This document shows positions 39,887-50,245 of a DNA stretch of 64,000 nucleotides, one piece after another. The notes below the pieces were generated by a model. The model was given only the letters and a program-made list of their open reading frames with translations, made no database searches and was not told the origin of the DNA. Numbering within the stretch: the stretch's first letter is position 1; each line of letters opens with the position of its first letter. The DNA is taken from contig NC_092675.1 in NCBI RefSeq assembly GCF_964355755.1, positions 21,424,912 through 21,488,911 of the forward strand, in the 5' to 3' direction. The DNA comes from Antedon mediterranea (lineage: Eukaryota; Animalia; Echinodermata). The position numbers and the translations under genes are program-made.

Positions 39887-40874
39887 AAATTGATTAGATT
39901 TAGTTATAAAATAGGCAAAATCTTTAAAAACAACAATAACATTTCATGAAATTGAGTTATTGATCATTAAAATAGATAAAAACCATCAAACACCCTAATA
40001 AAAAAAAGTACGCTTTTATTATTCCAATAAAATAGTTTCAAACAAAAATGTAAAAAAAAATAATTAAATTAGAAATATTACGTATGCAAAACAGGTACCA
40101 TGCAAGCAGATATCACACAAATATTACATTTTCTGTGGATTTTGTTTATCATTTTAGTAATAACTAAACTAATGTTAGATTAATCCCATTAAAAATAATT
40201 ACATCTTACAAAATTTCATCAATATAATAATAAACCGCAGTCATTTAAAAAAGTTACTCTATATATTTTGAATCAGATCTATAATATAAGCTTTTACTCT
40301 TTAATTATGATATTGGATTTAAAATGATATTCCAAACTAACTATAAAATATTGATTTTGTAGAAATACTGTATAATACACAAAATATTACCAGTGAAAAA
40401 ATATGGAAAATTCTAAAATTAACATAAGGCATTTCGTTAAAAACGTTTTCAGATTACATCAAAACAAGATGGTACTGAAAAAAATAATCACCATAAACAG
40501 CTTCTAAATTTTGTAAGTTGAATTAATTCATATTTTTCTACAAAGCATATAAAAATACACACAGATGCATGTGTATTAAAATTAAATCATGTGAAATTGC
40601 TATGTGTATTCAAACTAGACAATTAGTTAGACCTACTGACTGCTTTGGACTTAATTTGGGTAGATTTGGAGTGAAATTTCTCTGAATGTCACCCAACACA
40701 AACTGTGCAAAACTACCTTTTAAGGGCCTGTTCAGTATTAAAGTGCTTATCTCCATAAGTTTGAATGGTAAATCGGAAAAGGATGTACTACAAAACGAAA
40801 AAAAAAGCTGAAGGTACCCTATGATACAAAAATCACAAATCAACGATTTTGGCATAAATATAAAAGCAAATTAA

Positions 40875-41499
40875 AGACCCCTTCCCTGCAATTTTGGACG
40901 TTTTTTGGAAAATAATACATATATATCACTTTAAAAACATTAAACCATGTCATTCCTTGTCTTAAATGTACGTTTTATGGTAAATTATGATAAAAAGTGA
41001 GAAACAATGCACTACCTAAGTAGCTCGCGGCGATCGACCTCTCGTGGACGGTCTTAGGCCTAGCCTAGCTAGGCTTAGTTTTGTAGGCCTAGCTGGTAAA
41101 CATCGATAACGTACAAACATCGTACGCTAGCTATATACCTAGCCTGACGTTGTATAGTTGCTGCATTAATTGTCTTTCTATTTTTGCCAGACTCCGTTGA
41201 TACAAATTGGGGAAAACCCGGTATTTTCGCTGAAAAGTTAGGAGTCTTCCATTTGTTTGGCTTCACGATCGATCGAAAAGTGGGCGAATTACAGGTGAAA
41301 AACAAAAATATCAATCCGCGCGCAATGCATTTTGGGATTTATAGCGGGCCGCTATAATTATTAGAATTGATTTATTTTTCACATTTTTAACCGTTTAAAG
41401 ACGAAAAAAGTTATCGCAATAGGACCATATAGTATTATTTTTACATTAAATATAGTTTGTGATCTTAAATTAGATCTAAAAAACGTAGGGAATGGGGCT
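40875..41499. mobile_element. Kolobok-like non-autonomous DNA transposon (625 bp)
   Basis: TTAA on both flanks, AG...CT termini, imperfect TIRs agaccccttccct / agggaatggggct; second partial copy at 35097. Confidence 0.75.
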
Positions 41500-42360
41500 T
41501 TAAGTTTTACATACTAGCATTTCGTATCGATCAATATATTTATTCAAATCTGGAATTGCTGTAATGTTTTTACAATAATTAGATCATCACCTCGATTAAC
41601 ATAAACCATAATTCAGTAGGTCTGAACATAACCTTAATATTGACAGATGAATTTAAGATACTGTATTTTTAGCCCTAAGCTGTTGTGTTCATCCTATAAT
41701 GCGACCTGTACACATGCACACAAAAAAAACAAGTCACAAGTTTGTATGCCTATCAGAATGTCCTCACTGAAAGTGGCTTAAAATAAGAACACAAAAAAAC
41801 ACCTTACAAATACATTCATCTTTATTTAGGGAAAATACTTCAGAATTCATGTTATAAAAATGATATGATTTAATATTTCTAGTCGGATTGATTGATTTAT
41901 CGTTATGAATAAGAATATATATAAAAAAAAAATATTACCTCAATTTGTTGTCTACCAAGTGAAACGAATAAAGATATTGACTCCAAATTTATTGCTAAAA
42001 TATTCTGTCACTTAAATATCAAGTATTGTATTTTGCTGCTAGGTACTTTATTGTTCTTTATTGAATTTTGTTTTGTTTATGAATACTCTTTGTCATTTGT
42101 TTCCATGGTAAAAAAGAACATTAAACTTAATTCTAGTATGCACATGCTCTAGTAATATATTATAATTTAATTTTTTAATTTATTGTTCCATGTATCATTA
42201 GTTAATTCAATATTTATAACAAAACCTCATTGTCGTAATTTTCATTTTATGATAGACTATAAACATTACATGTTTTATGGTCTTTTTTAACTTTGAATTT
42301 TGATTATTTAAATAAATAAAATTAACATTGTTTTGCTGGTTCTTAAAAGGCATTTTCCTC

Positions 42361-42975
42361 CATTATTATCATCATCATCATTACCATCATCTCAGACATT
42401 GTCAGTCCACTGCAGGTGGAAGGCCTCCCCAAGCTGAACCCAGTCTTTATTTTCTGGTTCTTACAAAGCATGTTCCTCCATGGTTATCATCATTACATCA
42501 TTATCATCATCTCAGACATTGTCAGCCCACTGCAGGGCCAAGGTCTCCCCAGCTGAACCCAGTCTTTTCTCTCCTGTGCAGCACTCATTCTGAATATTCC
42601 AGCAAATACTACAATCTCATCCATCCATCACATCATCATCACGTCGCCGTCGTCATCATCTTCTCAGCCATTGTCAGCCTATTGCCTTCCCAAGCTGAAC
42701 CTATCCTTTTCTGTCCTGCTCAGCTCTTATCCTGGTTAGTCAAACAAATGCTACAATCTCATCCATCTATCATGGCATCATCACGCCGCCACCGGCATCA
42801 TCACCTCAGCCATTGTCAGCCCATTGCAGGGCGAAGGCCTCCCTAAGCTGAACCCATCCTTTTCTGTCCTGCGCATCTCTCATCTTGGTTATTCCAGCAA
42901 ATTCTAAAATCTTTCTTATCTATCCATTTGGTGTTTGTCTTCCTCTTGCCTCTTCTTCCATAGTTCTATGGGTCT
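42361..42975 (-). mobile_element. Four head-to-tail RTE-clade LINE 3' ends, each with a (GAT)n tail
   Basis: Longest unit translates on the minus strand as ...EFAGITKMRDAQDRKGWVQLREAFALQWADNG*, the RTE AQDRxxW...EAFxLQW C-terminus. The unit ctcag(a/c)cattgtcag...agctgaacc recurs at ~42391, 42511, 42663 and 42804. Confidence 0.75.
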
Positions 42976-43335
42976 TTAATTAGAACATCTGTTTGTGTTA
43001 TAAATTTAACTGTCTCTAATTCTAATTATCATCTATATCAATTTCCTTTCACCTTCGTTTAAAAGAATATCAACTTTATTGTTGATTTCTTTCCGCACTA
43101 AAGCTTATGTCTTCGATATTTAGATATTTATATATTTTGTATGCCAGACATTAAGGAAGCGAGTTAAATAATGCATGAAATGGATATTTATTAAGAACAG
43201 ATTGAGAATATAATATTTCACGTATTGTATACATCATAAAACTGTTTTTCTAAATAGTTTATGTTTTCATTCACACTCTCAACTCTCACATTTTAAAATG
43301 CCCTCATTAAATCAAATGTGTTTGTGTACTTTATA

Positions 43336-43528
43336 AAGATCATGTTAAAATTATTTTACTGCAGTTACTGCAGTAACTACTGTACATTCTTTAACCTTTA
43401 TATAATCATTTTAGCAAGCAAACACACTGTCTCATAAACATGCATACAGCACTTGAAATTCATCTTATTTCAGAAAACAATTGTAGTTACTGCAGTAACT
43501 GCAGCACAATAGTTTTTACATGATCCCT
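43336..43528. mobile_element. MITE with ~45-bp imperfect TIRs
   Basis: gatcatgttaaaattattttactgcagttactgcagtaactac is inverted at gtagttactgcagtaactgcagcacaatagtttttacatgatc. Confidence 0.7.
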
Positions 43529-43593
43529 TAACATGAAGGAAAATAAAGCTAGATTGTAAGTATTCTTGATATTAACTGTATTTTGTTTCTTAC

Positions 43594-43691
43594 AAATCGT
43601 ATTCAAAAATTCTTCTTAATTCTTCAAAGAGAAATGTTAAAAAATCGTATTCAAAAATTCTTCTTAATTCTTCAAAGAGAAATGTTAAAAA
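43594..43691. repeat. Exact 48-bp tandem duplication
   Basis: aaatcgtattcaaaaattcttcttaattcttcaaagagaaatgttaaa starts at 43594 and again at 43642. Confidence 0.9.
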
Positions 43692-45532
43692 TGATAATTG
43701 AGCTGCTAAAAGCAATATTACTATGCCTCTAAGAAATGCTTGCAAAATGCATCGCCTACAGTATGTTATAAACTGAACAGTAATTATCAGGAATTGATTT
43801 TCTAATGAAACTCCATGTTTCAACGAACTCTAAACGCATTCTCTTTGGTGTCTTTCAAAAGTACAAGTAATAACGCTTTAATATCACACTCACTAATATA
43901 TCAATTTACGATTCAATTAAACTTCAACATTTGGCAATTTCTACTATGTCACGTATGCGCCTGTGAGTAGGCGTATGTTCATTAATAAAAGTTGTTACAA
44001 TTAACAAATGGAATTGAAAATAAAGTTCCGTGCTGTGGTGTCAAATTCACTGTTAGTATGTGACGCTATGCGTTGAATTGAGTTTCTACGCAATTAGGAA
44101 ATATCAGTGCTGTGTAAAAAACGTGTCAAAAGAGAAATTTCGCTACAGTAAAGAATCTCGGTGAATAATTTGGTTTAGAAATAAATTAATTTGATATTGA
44201 TATTTGGGAATTGAATAAAACACACAGCTAGCTTTCAGGCAATTAGTCTAAACATCTGAAGGCAATGTATTAGAAGGATGCTACTGAAACGAATAGCATT
44301 TTGATGACTAAACATTCCGAAGTGTAAACATTTGTTTGCACAACATAAATGTTTACTAGTATGCAACATCACACGATAACACCTCATCAACTTACTCAGA
44401 TACAAATCATATCCACTTTTTAAAATATGTTCTGTGCATGTTTAATACTAGAGCTTGCAAAATAGCTAAACACTAAAGTTAAAAATGCAACATTGTTCTT
44501 TTTTTTGGAATTTATTTTTTTCATTCTTTCTCTCCATGCTATACAACATAAATGTAATTGTATGCAACATCAGGCAATAACACCTCATCAAATTTTAACC
44601 AAGATTATCACGCTCTATAAAATATAAACAACATTAAGATTCAGGACAACAAATTGAGATTCTCACATTTATTCAACACGGCTTTTCAGAGGTAAGAACG
44701 TAATTATTGCTAAGTGCAATTAAATTTTTACTTTATATTGTGTGTGTAAAGTTGTGGCGGTTCTTCATTATTCTAAACAATCCTCTTACTTGCATGTTGT
44801 GAATGTAAAGAGCAAAACCTTACAACTGTTAATTATGAAACGGAAGTTTAATGGCACAAGTAATGCCCGACATAATGATTATGAAATTGGAAAGAGCATT
44901 TAAGATTTGAATAAGTATTTATAGTTTGTTCCTAAGTATAACCATTCTATTTGATATTAATCTTCATAAAGCTGTGCGCAAAAAAGAAAATAGAATTCAG
45001 GTAATAAAATACATTTGACACTAAAGGAGCAAGCAGCAAGTGGTGGAATAGAGTTTTGATGGGTTAAATGCATGCCTTCTAATTCTTGAGTCCTGGTTCA
45101 ATTCCTCTCTCACTCATGGTTTGTTCTAATGATGAACAACTTTACCTAAAAACTTCAGAATAAGACTTGGGTTAGAATCTTGTAGCACTGAGGCAGTTAA
45201 GCCACTAGGTAGGTACAGTAGCTACTTTAGTGCTGTGGTTGTAGTGGGTCACCAGGATCCAGTCATTATTTCCATATGTAGTGTATGCATTGGACAAAGT
45301 GATAATTACACAAACCAGAAATGGTGTTGGTAGTCTATAAGTGCTAGCTTACCTGGATAAACCGACAAATGCCATATTTCTCCTCGAAGAGCGAGATATA
45401 CTCGAAAGTAGAAAATTCATTGAACACCCCTCTCTCTAAATGGTACAGTCCACAAACCTCAAGTGGGAACATCCCTACAATTCACCATCATCATTTCTCA
45501 AGACCTCTTGTCTGAGGGGATGGCGGGAGGGT

Positions 45533-45632
45533 GTTTATCCAGGTAAGCTAGCACTTATAGACTACCAACACCATTTCTGGTTTGTGTAGTCTATTACGTG
45601 CCTAGCTTACCTGGATAAACCGACAAATGCCA
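45533..45632. repeat. DIRS internal complementary region (ICR)
   Basis: 45533-45588 is the reverse complement of 45307-45362; 45587-45632 is the reverse complement of 50632-50677; the two halves share a TA. Confidence 0.95.
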
Positions 45633-46139
45633 GTGTAGCACCGGACTAGGTACTAGTCGGCGGTGGGAGACAAGCTACCAATGAGCTTTGTGTGTCCATC
45701 ACTGATGTGGCTACAGGCGCAAGGTTTGCAGAGCTGTCCAAGGTAATGTGTTCACCATCATGCCTCTATGGACAGATGGTGCACAACAGCGGCACTGGAA
45801 ACGTTCGGTTTCTCTAGTCGGTGCATCGATATCTTTATTTTTTTTTTTTTTTTTTAAGCAAGATCTTGAAGCAAGACCTTGAGGCCGTACAGGAATCCAC
45901 AACTCTTTAGTGGCTCCGACGGTATCCTTTTCAAAAGAGCACCTCGCTCACCGGGGGCTCTGATTCGATGCAGTTTCCCTCATGCTAGAAAACTTCATTA
46001 AGTACTAGCTGCACCCTCCACAATTACCTCTGACTTGGTTCTAAGGTAAGAGCGAACAACTTGCCTCAGCATTTACCTGGCGCCATCGGCGGTCCAAATG
46101 CTATTATAAGCAGGCTATAAGGGTGGGTGTGTGAGAGAG

Positions 46140-46656
46140 TGGCTAGGACGACGTTAACATCCCATCGAGGAATCAAGACCTTAACTGGAGGTCGTTCTCT
46201 GAACATTCCCCGTATCATCTGAGTGATAACGGGGGATGACGAAATCGTGGAACCGTCTTTTAGTGTTGGTGTCACCGCCCCAATGGCGAGCCTATAGCCT
46301 GAAATGGTGCGGACCTGAAGACCTGACTCAAATAGGTAATGCAGGAAGGCGCATACTTGACCAAGGGTAACCAACCCTGGTTCTATTTGTTGGCGCCTGC
46401 ACCATGTAAAGAAATGCTTTAATCGGCTATTGTAGACGGCAAGAGTAGATTCCCGACGAGATTTCGCCGCAAGGGCGGCAGGGCCATCTGGAATGCCTGA
46501 GTCTCGGAGCTGATCCCTGAAAATGGCCATACAGTTAGGCGCAGGGATTGTAGGTTCTGTAGTGAGAACAGAGCTCGGCCCTGCATCAGCAGATCCTCTC
46601 GAACTGGAAGACGCAGGGGATGATCGTAGAGCAGGTCGAGAAGCAGTGGATATCAC
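46140..46656 (-). pseudogene. DIRS tyrosine recombinase, N-terminal core-binding part; catalytic part disrupted
   Basis: SRRESTLAVYNSRLKHFFTWC...VCAFLHYLFESGLQVRTISGYRLAI...MIRGMFRERPP...PRWDVNVVLATL; similarity breaks after this and I see no intact HxxR/Y motif. Confidence 0.88.
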
Positions 46657-48370
46657 ACTTGTCGAGTCCAGCCCGGGCGATCAGAAGGACCCGGCAAGGA
46701 TGGCGCTGAATGTGTGTCAGAACAGTTGGTATTAGTGAGATCGGTGAAAACGCATAAACCCATAGTCCGACCCACGGTATGGATAGGGCATCCACCGCCC
46801 ACGCACGTGCATCCCGAAACCTTGTGGAGAAGGTCGGGAGCTGTGTGTTGTCTGACGTCGCAAACATTTCTATATGAGGCCGCCCGAAGTGGTCGAATAA
46901 CAGTGTGGCAATGCTGGGTAGAAGGCGCCATTCCGTGTTTGTGAGGACAGAGCGTCCGCAACAATGTTGAGGCTGCCCGCATTGTGGGCAGCCAAGAGTG
47001 TGATGTTGTCTACGCACCATAACATCAGAGTCCACAGGTGAAAGCATAACGTCGGGGACTTCGTGCCTCCTTGACGATTTATATATGCTACCCCTGATGA
47101 GTTGTCGGAATGGATAAGGACGTGACGACCGGTCACGTGAGGTCGAAGGGCCTTCAAGGTCCTTTCGACTGCACAGAGTTCTAGGAGGTTGAAGTGGGAG
47201 CGCGCCTCCTCGACCGTCCAAAGGCCGGAGGCGCGGAGTGCCTTGGAGCAACCGCCCCAGCCTGTCTTGGATGCGTCTGTCTCTATACGGACGCCCGGCA
47301 ATGATTTTTGAATTGGCATTCCCACAGTCAACCTGCCTTCTACCAGCCACCATTTGAGATGCGTTCGGATGAAGGCATTCATCGGACCACTTTGAGTATT
47401 GAGTCCAAGTGCGGTCGGTAATAAGCCAGCAGATAAAGCTGTCCTGGTCTCATACACAGCCGGCAATACGGAACTAAGGCGACGAAGCTGGCCAGACATC
47501 CTAGTGCTCTGAGCCATTCGTAAACCATCGGAGCACGAACAGTAATTAGATTGCGTACTGCACTCATTGCAGACGTTATTCATTGTTGGGATGGACACGC
47601 CAAGCCCGTCACGAGATTTATCTGTGATCCGAGATATAGCGGGATTGAGTCTGCACCAGGCACGACTCTTCCCGATTTATAATGAAACCTGCCTGTTCCG
47701 TAACGATAAGGACATATTGTAGACTGCTCATCAGTCTGTCCTTAGACTGGGCCACGACCAACCAATCGTCGAGATACATGAACACTCTTATGCCATGTTG
47801 GTAAAAGAATGTCGACAGCATTCTTACTATGCGTGTAAACACGCAAGGGCCGTTGGTCGGCAAAACTACGGATTGGTAAGTTGGTCATGGATTCTGAAAC
47901 GCAACCAGCGTTGATCTGCCTCGGCGATAGGGAAGTGAAAGTATGCGTCTTTCAGATCTATCAAGGCCGCCCAGTCTTCTCGTCTTAGCCCCAACAGGAT
48001 GGATGAGGCTGTCTCCACCTAAACCTGTGGGGCCGAAAGAACCGCTAGTCTAGACTCATAAGGTTCAGTATGGGTCGCCATCGCCAGTTTTTTTCTGTTA
48101 GGAAGACGGTAGACTCGTGTCCTGAGACAGCGCATTGTATATCGACTTGTTCCACTGCCCCTTTTTGGGCAGGAAAGAAAGACCGTGCAGACGCACACAA
48201 CTCTTTTGTGGCTCTGGCGGTATCCTTGTCGAGCGAGCTCCCCGCTTACTAGGGGGCTCGTAATGTTAATTAACATAATGCAATAGCTGTGTGTAATTGT
48301 GGAGAGAAACCACCTGCTCTCCAGCAGGGGTCTCCCACACTCAGGCAAACCATCTAAGGCGACCCCCCTA
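46600..48370 (-). pseudogene. DIRS pol (RT - RNase H - methyltransferase-like), multiply frameshifted
   Basis: GGRLRWF (48365), WRPILN (~48070), IDLKDAYFHFPI (~47950), MYLDDWLV (~47770), ETDASKTGWG / NLLEL / SDNS / NIVADALS (RNase H), EWRL...MFAT...DALSIPW...YAFSP (MT-like). Pieces lie in different frames, e.g. a 1-nt loss at ~47881. Confidence 0.93.
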
Positions 48371-49689
48371 TTTGTCTGACCTTCGAGGGTACAGACTCCA
48401 CCAGCATGTCACCAGAACCTGCAATCTCCGTTACTTTGCAATCTTGGTGTTGAACGTGCAGCCCTATCTGATCTGCCTCGTGCAGGATACAGATTGTGGG
48501 CGTGAAAAAGTCTGAATTTTAGACAGACTTGTGGTGGCGGGCATGGGAGCGAGCACAGTGGCACCATCGGCGTGGGACCAAAAGCTATAATGGTTCTCTT
48601 TTTCTAGCAACCACATCAGCAGCCAACAGGGTACATGTGTACAGGGTGGCTTGCCGCTTCTGCTTAACTCATACAGTAAGCAGAGTAGCCTTGATTTGTA
48701 GGTCCATGTGTTCTCCTTCAAGCTATACACTACTAGGGCGAACCTAGGTGCGTCAACTAGTAGCGCTGTCTGTGAAATCATTGTGGTTGCATCAAAGGCA
48801 TACCAGTAGCTCAACACTGAGTACCTGCATTACTCAACAGGTAAATGCAGAAGTGCAATCTCGACCTAGGGTAAGCTAAGGTTTTACAAGTTGGCACTCG
48901 CACAGAATGTTTCTTATTGGCTGTGACAGACGGCAAGGAGACATACCCTGAAAAGTGTCAGGATCTGAGGTGCCGACACGTAATGCTCGAAATGTTCCTG
49001 CGTTAGAAGGAAGGCAAAAAGGCTCTCAATCAAAAGATTAAGCCTGTTGACAATCCAGGAGAATGACTGGATAAATTGGGGCCTTCCTGAGCGGTGTATG
49101 CACAGCAAGTGAACAACACAAGCAACGCAGGAATGATAATTATTATTCTAACCTGCAAAAACCTACCCGTGCCTTCCACGATCTTCGCTCAGTAGAAGAT
49201 AGTGTCGTCATTGTCGCAACCTGTAACAAGCCATGATCAATGACGAGGGAAGGCAATACCGATAAGTACGGCCTGAAGGGAGGAATATTTTGGAGAGGAT
49301 AACGAGGCTTCAATTTGCCTCAAGAGAGCTCTCAACACTGTTGAAATGGCCTCCAGCACTGCAAGGAACCAACATTCATCTTGCATGCTCAAAGAAGACA
49401 CAGTGTTAGCAGGTGCGTCTGCAGCACAAATAAGCAATGCCTCAAAGATTGACTACTGTAGACTGTAAACTCTACAAAAACCTCAGTACAGATGGTACAA
49501 ATGTACCATGTACATGTAGTCGACCAGGCAACTCAATGAGCCAGGCCGGAGGTCAAATCTTAGATCAGAAAAGGCGAGTCAGTCGCAGCTGACCTGAAGG
49601 AATTTGCTTATATATATATGAACAGACGGATCGATCTTGGAGAGAGGTGACTATGACTCCTGGGGACCAGACCTTTAAAGGTCTAGCAC

Positions 49690-50245
49690 AATGTTAGGCC
49701 TCTTTGTCTACTAAAACAGAATGCCCAGTCTTATGCAGCATGCAAGGACTGGAACTGCTCCATAAAGGGGGTAAGTTTGTCCTGCAATATCTAAGTCAGG
49801 CCTCCCCTATCGAAATGTGTTGAACGATAACTCAGGAGGCCAGCCCAAACAGTAGGTCTAAACACTATGTTAGGCCATAAGCAAGAACCGGAGCTGCCCC
49901 ATAAAGGGGGTAAGCTTGTCCTGCAAATTCCAAGTCTAGTTCCCTATGAGATGTGGGAATGATAACTCAGAAGGCCAGCTCAAAAGATAAGCCTAATCAC
50001 TATCTTAGGCAGTACACAAGAACAGGAGCTGCCCCATAATGGGGGAAGCTTGACCTGCAAGATTTAAGTCTAGGCCCAGATGTTGAATGATAAGAAGGTC
50101 AGTCCAAACAGAACTAGGCCTAAACACTATGTTAGGCCATAAGCAAGAACAGGAGCTGCCCCATAAAGGGGGTAAGCTTGACCTGCAAGTTCTAAGTCTA
50201 GGCCCCTTAAGAGATGTTGAATGATTAGGAGGCCAGCCCAAGCAG
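49690..50245. repeat. Diverged ~130-140-bp tandem repeat x4 in the DIRS 5' region
   Basis: gga(g/a)ctgc(c/t)ccataa(a/t)gggg...aag(c/t)ttg(t/a)cctgcaa recurs at ~49751, 49889, 50024 and 50152. Confidence 0.85.

Noticed and set aside
42328-42846. 172-aa His-rich ORF
   Set aside because: Antisense reading of the (GAT)n tails of RTE fragments; TTG start; not a gene.
45040-45200. Decayed tRNA-SINE-like head next to the DIRS end, suggesting targeting
   Set aside because: Only a B-box-like ggttcaattcc is visible, and the DIRS junction is over 100 bp away.
46586-46940. Standalone DNA adenine methyltransferase
   Set aside because: This is the MT-like domain already known in DIRS1 pol, and it is degenerate here.
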